Source: a virus. From it: 64,000 bases of DNA. Shown here piece by piece: positions 51,434 through 60,857 of this stretch (within the stretch, counting starts at the first letter, position 1; the number at the start of each line of letters is the position of its first letter). Position numbers and translations under genes: made by a program. The stretch is taken from the IMG/VR virus record IMGVR_UViG_3300037493_003174, positions 1-64,000 of that record; one strand, 5' to 3'. Below the pieces are notes generated by a model. That model was not told where the DNA came from. It worked only from the letters and a program-made list of their open reading frames with translations, and searched no databases.

Positions 51434-51801
51434 AGCTCTATGTCAAGTAATTGACAAAATAATCTTTTTGTTTCAGCTTCTACAGCTTCTTTTGGCCATT
51501 TTTGAATAGTGTCTCCAGAATGAATAGTATCAAATCCAAATACCCACCAATCTTTTGGTGCACGTTTACCATCTCCAAAATCATTATAAGTAATACCACC
51601 ATTAACATTCAAAGTCTGAACTAAATTTATTAGTTTTGTAACATCATCTCCATGCATAAAGTCTAAATTACCTAGATGCAAAGGATGTGTTGGAGGTATT
51701 GCAACATAACCACTACCCCAACCTCTTTCAAAAAATATATCAGCACTTACAGTTGTAGTCATATACTTACGTTTGTTATTTTCAATTACAAACCAAATCA
51801 T
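51421..51801 (-). CDS. Phage hypothetical protein
   Basis: GYVAIPPTHPLH..VNGGITY..WVFGFDTIHSGD pattern of a widespread small phage protein; the start may be internal (MTTTV). Confidence 0.6.
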   Translation of the reverse strand: MIWFVIENNKRKYMTTTVSADIFFERGWGSGYVAIPPTHPLHLGNLDFMHGDDVTKLINLVQTLNVNGGITYNDFGDGKRAPKDWWVFGFDTIHSGDTIQKWPKEAVEAETKRLFCQLLDIELGGL

Positions 51802-51989
51802 TCTTCATCAATTTCTTCACAACAATCACATTCTTCTTCATCATGAACTCCATATTGATTATCAAACCATTCTCTGGCTTCTTGTTTACTTGGATACTCA
51901 TGTGAACCTGATTCAATAATTGATTCTGCACCTGCTAGGTATGCTTCAATCATTGATTTACGGAAGGCAATTGGATGCACGTTAGTCAA
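51798..51989 (-). CDS. Small acidic hypothetical protein
   Basis: 63 aa; overlaps both neighbours in operon fashion. Confidence 0.55.
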   Translation of the reverse strand: MTNVHPIAFRKSMIEAYLAGAESIIESGSHEYPSKQEAREWFDNQYGVHDEEECDCCEEIDEE

Positions 51990-52368
51990 CTTTAATAAAT
52001 TTTGTTAAGTCAGGTTTGAAGTATCCGGGCCCTTTAAGAATCTTTCCATCTTCTCTCAAGATTGGTTTACCATCTTCACCAAGCTTACTCATGTTACTTG
52101 ATTGAATCTCATCAAATACATCTTCTATTATATGTTGCATACCATGTCTAAGTATTGTACCACATAAGATGTATAACTGATCTCCTAGAGCATCAGCTAT
52201 GTCTATTAGAGATTTTTCATCACAAGCATCCAAATACTCATCATTTTCTTCTTGCATTAAAGCATGTCTGAGTTCATACTCATCTGCTTTTAACTTTCTT
52301 GGACTAGTACCATCATTTTGTCCAAATGCTTTGTGGAATGCGGCCACTGCTAATAATTGTTTTTTCAT
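51982..52368 (-). CDS. MazG-like/PRA-PH family nucleoside triphosphate pyrophosphohydrolase
   Basis: FHKAF..LMQEENDEY..IADALGDQLYI..SNMSK..REDGKILKGP. Confidence 0.85.
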   Translation of the reverse strand: MKKQLLAVAAFHKAFGQNDGTSPRKLKADEYELRHALMQEENDEYLDACDEKSLIDIADALGDQLYILCGTILRHGMQHIIEDVFDEIQSSNMSKLGEDGKPILREDGKILKGPGYFKPDLTKFIKVD

Positions 52369-52380
52369 AGGTGTAAAGAT

Positions 52381-52413
52381 AAAAAAAAAGGAGAAACAAT
52401 GTGTCTCTCCTTT
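52381..52413 (-). terminator. Rho-independent terminator
   Basis: AAAGGAGA..TCTCCTTT stem with an A9 tract. Confidence 0.65.
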
Positions 52414-52451
52414 AATTGATAACTATTGTATTCCCTGTAACTACAGGCTCA

Positions 52452-54041
52452 TTAGAAGAAGTCTGGGGTGTTATCAACTCCATCATCTTCTAGATCATTA
52501 GATCCAAAATCTAAATCAAAATCAGAAGAGTTATCTTCTTTAACTTCAGCTACAGCTTCTTTAAGATCTAAGTCAGCTTCTTGTTGTTCTTCTAAAGGTA
52601 CAACATATAAAGCTTCTTCAGCTTCAAATAATGCATGTTCTTCTGGTGTTGGTTCCAAAGTAGGAGCAGCAATTGGAATAAGAATTTGATCCATGATCAT
52701 GTCCTCTTCTTCATCACTAACAAAGTCTTCTACCACAACAGGAACTATAAAAGTATTACCTGCAACATCAGTATAAGTTACTATTTCATCATTAACAAAA
52801 GCTGACTTGTCTTCAGTAACTTCTAGAATGATTTCTTCTGACTGGTGCAAATCTATATCAAAATCAGACCCTTCTTGCACCACTATAGGTTCTACTTCTT
52901 TTAAAGTAAAATTACCTGCTACATCAGGAGCTACCCAAGTAACTTGAGACATATCAACATCTGAAGCATCAATTTCTGGTGCATTCATCAGAGCATCCAT
53001 AATTTCTTCAGGTGCTTTAACTCCAGATAATTGAGCCATAGCAAAAGTATCTTCTTCAAGTTCATTTTGAAGTTCAAGTTCTCTAGCATTCATAAAAGTA
53101 GTTTCAGCTAAATGAAGTTCAGCTGCTAATTCTTCAGGTTCACCTTCAATCTCAGCTACTCTTTGTGCATACTCTTCATCAGATTCAATATGGATTTGAA
53201 TTTCTTCAACTTCAGCAATCTGATCAAGTAAGTTAGTCTGATTAGGAATAACATATAAAGGATCTACTTCTTCTTCTACTGGTGCACTAATAGCTATAAC
53301 TGGTGCAATAACTGGTTGAGGTGGTGCATTAAAGTTACCCACAGTACTAATAAAGTAATGTAAGATTCTTTGATCTTCCATCCAGGTACGCGGGTGAGAA
53401 TGCTGTAAGGCAATAGTCACATAATTGTAGAAAGCCCAAAGACTGTTACTATCTTCATATACATGACTTGGTCTATCCATTTGACTACGGATGATACTTG
53501 CCTGCTCAGTAGTAAGAATCTGATATTCAGCAAAAAGGATACCCAATAACTGAGCTTGCTTTCTTTTATTCAAACTAATACCAGTCATTATAGCTTTGTC
53601 AGCTACAAGTTGATTATAATACATGTGAGCATTAGCTACTTGGTCATCAATAGTTGCTGTAGTTTCTACATCTGCAGTACCTACATGTTTTCTTGTCCAA
53701 GTTCCAATATCTCCGGATGTCATAACAGTTCCTGTCTGGTTGATATAAGCACCAATCAAACATTTAAACTTAACTTGTTTGTTGTAACTATTAGTCCAAG
53801 CAAACATCATTGATAGATCAGGATCATTGTTGTATTGTAACTTATAAATCCCTTGAGCAATTTGCCCGTCAGCAGTACATCTGTACTCTTCTTCTGTAAT
53901 CACAAAGCCAGCATTTGCTAAAGCTTGAAATGAATGATCAATAACAAACTGGTGAGTAATTACAGTGTAACTAGCAGCATGTTGTGGTAAAGGCACACTA
54001 ATTAAGTGAGCTCTTGTACATTCTTGAATTTTCTTTGGCAT
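52452..54041 (-). CDS. DUF932-like protein with long acidic C-terminal tail
   Basis: YTVITHQFVI..WTNSYNK..RKHVG..SLWAFYNYVTIAL resembles DUF932; the distal ~290 aa are D/E-rich. Confidence 0.55.
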   Translation of the reverse strand: MPKKIQECTRAHLISVPLPQHAASYTVITHQFVIDHSFQALANAGFVITEEEYRCTADGQIAQGIYKLQYNNDPDLSMMFAWTNSYNKQVKFKCLIGAYINQTGTVMTSGDIGTWTRKHVGTADVETTATIDDQVANAHMYYNQLVADKAIMTGISLNKRKQAQLLGILFAEYQILTTEQASIIRSQMDRPSHVYEDSNSLWAFYNYVTIALQHSHPRTWMEDQRILHYFISTVGNFNAPPQPVIAPVIAISAPVEEEVDPLYVIPNQTNLLDQIAEVEEIQIHIESDEEYAQRVAEIEGEPEELAAELHLAETTFMNARELELQNELEEDTFAMAQLSGVKAPEEIMDALMNAPEIDASDVDMSQVTWVAPDVAGNFTLKEVEPIVVQEGSDFDIDLHQSEEIILEVTEDKSAFVNDEIVTYTDVAGNTFIVPVVVEDFVSDEEEDMIMDQILIPIAAPTLEPTPEEHALFEAEEALYVVPLEEQQEADLDLKEAVAEVKEDNSSDFDLDFGSNDLEDDGVDNTPDFF

Positions 54042-54042
54042 A

Positions 54043-56121
54043 TTAAAATAAACTTAATTGGTTTCTATTAGGCTCTAAAGAGTTAATCTCTTTCCTAATT
54101 TTTTGTAAATAAAAATCATAATTAATGTTGTAATCAGAAAAAGGTCTTTCTTCATGATCAATATAAACTGTTTGCATCCACGGACCAGATTCAATCTGAA
54201 TTTCCCTGCCATCTAGCAAGTTAGTTTTAATAATCTTTGACCCAGCGTTAGATATAAAATATCTAAGTGTATTTTGTATAGGTATTGCTGTATAGGAACC
54301 TCCTATTTTTGGTGCTATATACATAAATATTCCATTAGTAGTTCCACCATTATTAGCTTCTTTATAATCAGAATCACTTCTTACCCAGTTATCATCTGAC
54401 CAAGATTGTTCATAGCCATTTGCTAATAAATAATCTTTTTGTTGTTGAAGAGTATACTTAAGATATTCAGGATCTATTTCTGGTTTAATTAAATGTTCTA
54501 CAAATTTCCAATCTCCTTTAATCTTGACACCACCACAAAAATCAAATATATTTGTGTTAGCTTTAACAAAGTCTTCTGGTTTTATACCTTCTACAAAATA
54601 TGCATGCAAAGCTTTAGGTATAATTAAGAAGCTCTTGTTTTTATGAAGAGCTAAATTATCAAACTCAAATCTACCTTTACATTTAGACTTTCCATCTTCA
54701 GTAACAGCAATATAATTATTCACATCACCAAGAATAATCTTAGAATATGTATCATGCTCAAGCTGGAGATTAGTAATCTTTTCCCAACGTGCACAGATAT
54801 CCATGTACTGAGCAACATATTTTCTTGGAATTAGTGTCTCAACACCATCTGTATTTTGCATAAGTGGAATAGCTCCAGGAATCTCTTCACAAATCATTTC
54901 ATACAACATTGACAAAGTAAGCTGCCCATTAATTGTAATTCTCATTGTAAATTCAGGATCATATAGGAAACTATTTTCATCATTACTTAACCCATAGGTT
55001 GAGTTTAAAATAATCTTGTACACATAATTCTTGGGATCTTTCTTAGGAATCTTCTTTCTTTCTTCAAAAAACCATTCATACAGATTACAAAACTCTTCTT
55101 GTGGCAAATGACCCGGAGCCCACCCATTTCTAATTGCTAGATTTGGATAGAATGATGTAACATCACTTGTCATAATGACCATGTCAGAATCAGATTCATA
55201 AAGTCTACTATCTCTTGCTCCATGAATACCACCTAGACCATAATCAGTCTTTACTCCGTGATACTGTACAGAATACTTAAACCCTCCCTTAGTTTCACCA
55301 GGATAGATAATTACTTCTTGAAATTTCTTAAGTAAGTTTTCAAAAGTAGCAGTACTAAACTTTATATAAGGCAAGATAATGTCTTTTACAACAATCCTTT
55401 CTCTATAAGTCCTCATCTGTTTGAGATCATATTTCTTAATCCCAGTTTCTTTACTTAAGAAATGAAGAAACAATTCTTTAGATATCCTTGGCTCAGAAGC
55501 AGAGAACAAATCAATATTATATTCTTCAGTTAAAGTCTTTCTTAAAGAAATTTGTTCTTTACTCAAGAACATAATTTGCTTAGTAGACTTAACATCATTA
55601 ATACAATACTTGATGATCTCAGGAATCTGATCAGCTCTAATGTCAGAACTATGATGGATAGGCATGTCAATGATATTCTTCCAATCCATGCTAAACTGAA
55701 TCCACTTTAATGAACTTCTCTTAGCCGGATTATCCCAGTGATTAAGCTTAAATACATCTACCTGTCTGATCTGGAGATCTCTTGGACTAAATTCTAGAAA
55801 CTCTCCTTCATTTTGTCTTCTAATAATATCCTGAACCTTACCATAGATAAACTCAGCAATTTCATCACCATCCATTTCCATCAACTGTTCCTTGTTCCGT
55901 AGAACATGTTCAGTTACCTGACTATCAAATCCAAGTCCGTTATAGCTTACATGCCATTCATTCATAGCAATATTCCTTTCAAGGAAACCTACCAATTCAA
56001 TAATCTGATTTTTACTTTTGTGGATTACAAAAATTTCTTGTTCTTCAGATTGAACTTCCTCAAACACTGCTAAAAAACAGTTGCTTAAAGTTTCATAATC
56101 CATCACGTAATGTTTTCTCAT
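54043..56121 (-). CDS. polB: DNA polymerase family B
   Basis: ExoI DYET, ExoII YNGLGFD, ExoIII YCINDV; polymerase motifs DVTSFYPN, KIILNSTYG and NTDG. Confidence 0.92.
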   Translation of the reverse strand: MRKHYVMDYETLSNCFLAVFEEVQSEEQEIFVIHKSKNQIIELVGFLERNIAMNEWHVSYNGLGFDSQVTEHVLRNKEQLMEMDGDEIAEFIYGKVQDIIRRQNEGEFLEFSPRDLQIRQVDVFKLNHWDNPAKRSSLKWIQFSMDWKNIIDMPIHHSSDIRADQIPEIIKYCINDVKSTKQIMFLSKEQISLRKTLTEEYNIDLFSASEPRISKELFLHFLSKETGIKKYDLKQMRTYRERIVVKDIILPYIKFSTATFENLLKKFQEVIIYPGETKGGFKYSVQYHGVKTDYGLGGIHGARDSRLYESDSDMVIMTSDVTSFYPNLAIRNGWAPGHLPQEEFCNLYEWFFEERKKIPKKDPKNYVYKIILNSTYGLSNDENSFLYDPEFTMRITINGQLTLSMLYEMICEEIPGAIPLMQNTDGVETLIPRKYVAQYMDICARWEKITNLQLEHDTYSKIILGDVNNYIAVTEDGKSKCKGRFEFDNLALHKNKSFLIIPKALHAYFVEGIKPEDFVKANTNIFDFCGGVKIKGDWKFVEHLIKPEIDPEYLKYTLQQQKDYLLANGYEQSWSDDNWVRSDSDYKEANNGGTTNGIFMYIAPKIGGSYTAIPIQNTLRYFISNAGSKIIKTNLLDGREIQIESGPWMQTVYIDHEERPFSDYNINYDFYLQKIRKEINSLEPNRNQLSLF

Positions 56122-56160
56122 AGACTAGTTCAGTTAAGCTGTTCCCCCTTTTAATTAATA

Positions 56161-56192
56161 AAAAAGAGGGAGTGCCTGTAGCTCACTCCCTC
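56161..56192 (-). terminator. Rho-independent terminator
   Basis: GAGGGAGTG-loop-CACTCCCTC stem with an A tract. Confidence 0.75.
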
Positions 56193-56214
56193 TCTGTGTA
56201 AAACAAAAGACTAA

Positions 56215-56616
56215 TTACTTAGTCTCCTTCTTTACCTTTTCTGCCAAGGTAGTAGCAGTAAAGAATTTTTTATAGTCAAATGTTTTAGCATTAATTGCAA
56301 ACAAGTTAACTAACTCATGCACTGCTGCCATATCTTCAACATAAAACTCTTGGAAAGTTTCAATCTTTGCTCTCTCTTCTCTAACTTGTCTACCATTAGG
56401 TCTTTGAACTTTAGTTGCCATTGGATCACCATTGTCATCTAATCTAGGCAACATGTGCAAAGTTGTCTTAGTAATTTTAGAGATTATCACAAATACTTTA
56501 GTATCTGGATCCATAATACATTCTACGTAAGGACATATGTCTGAAGTAGGAATCATTCTGAAAGTTTGCTTGTCATTCCAAGTTGCTTGGACAAGCATCA
56601 TAGTGTTTTCACTCAT
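56215..56616 (-). CDS. Hypothetical protein
   Basis: 133-aa ORF with its own putative promoter and terminator. Confidence 0.6.
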   Translation of the reverse strand: MSENTMMLVQATWNDKQTFRMIPTSDICPYVECIMDPDTKVFVIISKITKTTLHMLPRLDDNGDPMATKVQRPNGRQVREERAKIETFQEFYVEDMAAVHELVNLFAINAKTFDYKKFFTATTLAEKVKKETK

Positions 56617-56637
56617 TTTATTGGTTTTTAATTTCTA

Positions 56638-56645
56638 CAAAGTTA
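56638..56645 (-). promoter_or_regulatory. Bacteroidota sigma-A type -7 element (TAACTTTG)
   Basis: Matches the TAnnTTTG consensus about 20 nt upstream of the ATG at 56616. Confidence 0.45.
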
Positions 56646-57209
56646 ACCTAGAATTTTTAATTTCTGCAAATCTGCAACCTCAATCAACAAATTTTCTCTT
56701 TCCATATGAGGTTTATCACAGAGCTCACCAACAAATTTAAGTAATTCTACTTCAACATTTAGGATTTTTGCATACTGTTCAAAGAATTTCTCAGGAAACA
56801 AATAGCTATTGACATATATGTGATTTGCACTATTGTCATCAAAATAATTCAGAATCTTGCGCTTTAATACTTGGTTCATTCTGCTGTATTTACCATCAAC
56901 AAAATAAAACCAATCTTCACTGAAATCAGAAAAGTCAAATATAAATATACTAGTAGAACTATCTACTTTAATATAATCTACAAGTCTATTGTTCTTGAGT
57001 AGAATATTCTTCTCAAACTCAATATACTCTGGATCATTCTTAGTATGATATACACAGACTAATTTCATATCCTCGGTGGTATAGTTCTCATCCCAAGAAA
57101 CATAAGTTTCTGTTGGAACGGCACATGACCCCCTTTTTATTTCCAAGAGCGGATATAAGAATATCTTGGACTTTTGAAAGTATTTCCTATAAAGCGCATT
57201 CAATGCCAT
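56643..57209 (-). CDS. Hypothetical replication-module protein
   Basis: 188 aa; KSKIFLYPLL..GKYSRM; adjacent to the nuclease gene. Confidence 0.55.
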   Translation of the reverse strand: MALNALYRKYFQKSKIFLYPLLEIKRGSCAVPTETYVSWDENYTTEDMKLVCVYHTKNDPEYIEFEKNILLKNNRLVDYIKVDSSTSIFIFDFSDFSEDWFYFVDGKYSRMNQVLKRKILNYFDDNSANHIYVNSYLFPEKFFEQYAKILNVEVELLKFVGELCDKPHMERENLLIEVADLQKLKILG

Positions 57210-57213
57210 AAGT

Positions 57214-58233
57214 TTACAATTTTACATTACCAATTGCAAGCTCATAAGGCAAGTCATATCTTCTGTTTTCATAGTGCCACTTGATCTGAGGTACTATGTC
57301 TGTTTCAAATTTTTCTTGCCATAAAGCAAGCGTTTCTAAAGATACTTGATAAGGGTATACTTGGTTATACTTGTCTACAACAATAAATGTTACTTGCACT
57401 GTCCAGTTATGAGCATCTTCACTAGCAACGTACTTCTGAAGAGCAAGCTTAACATAAATCACTGCCTGAATCCAATACCGGTAATATTCTACAGCATCTT
57501 TAAAATCCTGTATAGGTTTACCAGTTGTCTTCAAATCATTGACAAATAAAGTCTTAGATGCATTGTCTACTACAATATTATCCAAGACACCTTTAATACC
57601 AAATGGTAAATCTCCAATACTTCCGGACAGTAGCAACTCATTGTGCACTTCAGTATCTGGATCTCTATCATCTAAATCAAGCTGTAATAGAGACATTACA
57701 TCTCTGTTTTGTTTTAGTATTTGAACAGACTGTCTGCAGCCATCCAGAATTATCTGATCAATTACTGTTTTTTCAGAACTTACTTTCAGAAACTTAAAAT
57801 ATTCTTTGTTTTCTTCTGTCAGGATTTTTTCTATCCTCTGTTGATCAGTCTTTAATGCTTGGTGCAGATTCATTGCAAGAAGTTGTGTAAGAATCTCTGG
57901 CATGTAATCTTCTAGTAATAAAGTATTATTTCCAAGAGTCATATGATACTTGAAAATATTATCTACTACTGTTTTGTTATTTCCACTAGGGAGTTTACCT
58001 GGTAGCACTACAAAATCATTTTCAAACTTACTTGGTTCTAATAAAAGACAATGCAGAACACGCCCTGCTACCAGATGCGCGTCTGTACTATCCTCTCTTT
58101 GATTAAGAATGTAATGATTATAAAATGCTATAGGAGAAAATAATAGCTTGTTAATTCCACTATAACTAAAGTAAAACTTTTGCTTGTAGAATAATTCTAG
58201 TTCATCAGAACCAGTCAAAGTCATCTGACTCAT
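57214..58233 (-). CDS. PD-(D/E)XK exonuclease (RecE/Cas4-like superfamily)
   Basis: FSYSGI..GRVLHCLLL..KGVLDNI..VNDLKTT..YWIQAVIY. Confidence 0.8.
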   Translation of the reverse strand: MSQMTLTGSDELELFYKQKFYFSYSGINKLLFSPIAFYNHYILNQREDSTDAHLVAGRVLHCLLLEPSKFENDFVVLPGKLPSGNNKTVVDNIFKYHMTLGNNTLLLEDYMPEILTQLLAMNLHQALKTDQQRIEKILTEENKEYFKFLKVSSEKTVIDQIILDGCRQSVQILKQNRDVMSLLQLDLDDRDPDTEVHNELLLSGSIGDLPFGIKGVLDNIVVDNASKTLFVNDLKTTGKPIQDFKDAVEYYRYWIQAVIYVKLALQKYVASEDAHNWTVQVTFIVVDKYNQVYPYQVSLETLALWQEKFETDIVPQIKWHYENRRYDLPYELAIGNVKL

Positions 58234-59560
58234 TTGCTTGTGTTATTTGATTGTTATTTGATTGGGTATCTAAAGCTAATGGAGTTTCTATAACTTCTTT
58301 AATTATTTCTTCATCATTAGAATCATTAGAATCTAAAATGTTCTTAAGCTCAGTTAAATGTTCCTTAGCTTCTAAAGCAATTAACTCTTCCTTAAGTTCA
58401 TTACGTTCAATTCTAGTAAATGCTTCTGAGATATCTTCATCAGAAATCTCAAGCACCTCTTCTTCAACTTCAGGAAGAGTTTCCTCAAATTCAGATTGCA
58501 TTTGATATGAATAATTAACATTCATTTCTGCAAGAAGTTCTGGAGCTAAAGTAATGTGCTTCATTTTAAAGGTTGAAGTATCTCCTTTTTGTGCAACATC
58601 ATCACCAATATAACTTAACAAAGTGTTTAGTTTATCAGAAGTAAGTTGACCCTTTTCTTTAAGAACACTGATTGAGTGATCAGAACCAATCTGAGGATTA
58701 GAATGAGTAAGTCCTAACCAACCCAATAAAGATTTAAAGTTAACATGAGTTTTAGTGTGGCTATTATAAAATACATCTCCATGATAATAGAAAAGAATTA
58801 TCAAATGAACTAGACTTGCACTGTATTTACAGTTTGCCATAATTTCCATAGCCAATACTGTATTGTCATTATCAGAACTCTCTAGCATTATCTTTAGTTG
58901 GTTATAAACAGTATGATCAATAACGGCAGCTTCATCACCATTTAACTGGTCAATGATTGTTGACTCATCATATACAGAAGCTTGATTTGCAAGATCAACA
59001 ATTACTTTGAAATCCTCAAGAACAGAAGTTATTTTTTCTTGTTTTGGTTCACGGTTGTATTTATAAACATACTTCATGATAAGTCTAGAAGTTGGTCTAT
59101 CAACAAATACACACTTTTCTGTATAAAATTCTAGTGCATCAACAATCTTTTGATAATGGTGATCATCCAAAGAATCTTGAAAATTACTAAATTCTGTCAA
59201 TGCTATAAAATCAGATGTTTTAATTTTGAAGGCCCAAGTTGATGTTACAACTTTATTTAAGGTATTATTATTTGCAATAAACACATTTGCTTTTGCGGGA
59301 TCTCTTACTGTTCTTATACCAGATTCATCACAAAGATTTTTAAATTTATTTCTTGGAACATGTACACCGGGTAAGAAAAATACCTTATCTCCATTTGTTG
59401 GAACATAATCTGATTTAGAAATAGGCAAGATAAGATCTTTATCATTACCAATTTCTCCAAGAAGAACAGATATACTATAACTAGTTTCACTTCCCATGTC
59501 ACTAAAGTCATCACACCAGTAACCTAAGTCTGAGCTAAAGTTTAAAATTGTTTTACTCAT
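58205..59560 (-). CDS. Hypothetical protein with possible BRCT-like domain and acidic tail
   Basis: KVFFLPG..PRNKFK..GIRTVRDPAKANVFI. Start placed at MSKT (59560) because the listed start lies inside a terminator hairpin. Confidence 0.5.
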   Translation of the reverse strand: MSKTILNFSSDLGYWCDDFSDMGSETSYSISVLLGEIGNDKDLILPISKSDYVPTNGDKVFFLPGVHVPRNKFKNLCDESGIRTVRDPAKANVFIANNNTLNKVVTSTWAFKIKTSDFIALTEFSNFQDSLDDHHYQKIVDALEFYTEKCVFVDRPTSRLIMKYVYKYNREPKQEKITSVLEDFKVIVDLANQASVYDESTIIDQLNGDEAAVIDHTVYNQLKIMLESSDNDNTVLAMEIMANCKYSASLVHLIILFYYHGDVFYNSHTKTHVNFKSLLGWLGLTHSNPQIGSDHSISVLKEKGQLTSDKLNTLLSYIGDDVAQKGDTSTFKMKHITLAPELLAEMNVNYSYQMQSEFEETLPEVEEEVLEISDEDISEAFTRIERNELKEELIALEAKEHLTELKNILDSNDSNDEEIIKEVIETPLALDTQSNNNQITQANESDDFDWF

Positions 59561-59571
59561 ATTTAAAAAAT

Positions 59572-59599
59572 AAAAGAAAGGGGTCATTACACCCCTCTC
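59572..59599 (-). terminator. Putative terminator
   Basis: AGGGGT-CATTAC-ACCCCT stem with an A-rich flank. Confidence 0.55.
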
Positions 59600-59655
59600 A
59601 AGTTTGTATTGAGTTGAAAAATGGTTTATTAATTTGGAAAAGCTTGAGGCTTCAC

Positions 59656-60846
59656 TTACTTAACAGCCATCTTTACAACATTAGCATTTAGCATTAGCTT
59701 ACTAAATTTAAGCTTGTTTCCATTAACAATCTCCTTGATCATTAAGTATCTCACATCATCATTAAATGCAGCACAATCTGTTGTTAGTTTAATCAAACGG
59801 TTAGCAATTGAATCAGTTACTGTATTACTCTCAGCATGTAGCAAAGAATAATTTATCACACGTGTAGCAATTACACTTGAGATATCAGCTCTAAAGTCAT
59901 CATCTTCACCAACAGCATTCTTCAAGGCTCCCATCACATATGCTTCATCTTTAGTCAAGATATCTTCCGGGGAAATAATCTTGTCTAATTTATTATTAAT
60001 GAACATAGTAAACATGGAACTAAAGTCTACTCCTACTGAGCCTTCACCAATCATTTGAATAAGAGGCAACTTATCCTCAAACTTAGGAATAGAACTAATC
60101 CCGTTGAAGAAAGTTGTAATTGCTCTTGGATTCACGCTTTGGTTTACTAGCTCAGGGTGCATTAGCATAAAGTTAATACATCTACCATCAATAGCAGTTG
60201 TCTCAGCCCACTTTGCCCATACATCTTTATCAAATTTTAGACCCACAGAAATAAATCTTGTCTTTTGAGCTACATCCAAGCTAGTCACATTATAGTCACC
60301 ATTGTCTGGATTAGTAGTCAAGATTACATGCCAGTTCTTTGGAAGTTTCCATGATACATATTCTTGTCTGTCTAAGATCTCCATGGTAGCTTGCATAAAT
60401 CTATGGTCAGCTCTAGTATAATCATCAAGAATCAAGAAGCCACCTTCACCTTTACCCTGAATCCATTCAGGAGCAGCATGTGACATACGTTTTGCAACAA
60501 CTTTGTATCCTTTCTTTACAGCTGCATCAATCTGAGCTTCATTTATCCAGGTAGTTTTACCTTCAGCATTTTGTATTTCAAATTCCTTTACAGGAAAACC
60601 CACTAAGTCACCTAATTCTTCTAACTGAGATAGATTAAGCTTTACAACTTGCATGCTCATCTCTTTACCCAACTGCATAATAGCTGAAGTTTTACCAAGT
60701 CCGGCATCACCTTCAATATTAATTGCTACAGGAACTTTTCCTTCTTTCTGAATATGTTGGTTATTATTAACCATGTGTTTGATGAAATCTTTTAACTCAT
60801 CAACATTTAACAAAACTTGTGAATTCTCTACTTTTTTTCTTGACAT
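59656..60846 (-). CDS. MoxR-like AAA+ ATPase
   Basis: Walker A GDAGLGKT, DLVGFP, Walker B LILDDYTRA, sensor TTNP, arginine finger AQKTRF, NPR. Confidence 0.85.
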   Translation of the reverse strand: MSRKKVENSQVLLNVDELKDFIKHMVNNNQHIQKEGKVPVAINIEGDAGLGKTSAIMQLGKEMSMQVVKLNLSQLEELGDLVGFPVKEFEIQNAEGKTTWINEAQIDAAVKKGYKVVAKRMSHAAPEWIQGKGEGGFLILDDYTRADHRFMQATMEILDRQEYVSWKLPKNWHVILTTNPDNGDYNVTSLDVAQKTRFISVGLKFDKDVWAKWAETTAIDGRCINFMLMHPELVNQSVNPRAITTFFNGISSIPKFEDKLPLIQMIGEGSVGVDFSSMFTMFINNKLDKIISPEDILTKDEAYVMGALKNAVGEDDDFRADISSVIATRVINYSLLHAESNTVTDSIANRLIKLTTDCAAFNDDVRYLMIKEIVNGNKLKFSKLMLNANVVKMAVK

Positions 60847-60857
60847 TGCTTTAATTT

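Noticed and set aside
34718-56121. Inteins or group I introns in RNAP or PolB
   Set aside because: No C..HN(C/S/T) splice motifs, LAGLIDADG/HNH motifs or frame interruptions were seen.
59561-59587. Listed start (MTPFFYFLN) of the 460-aa ORF
   Set aside because: It falls within the terminator hairpin and U tract. The ATG at 59560 has a better A-rich context.
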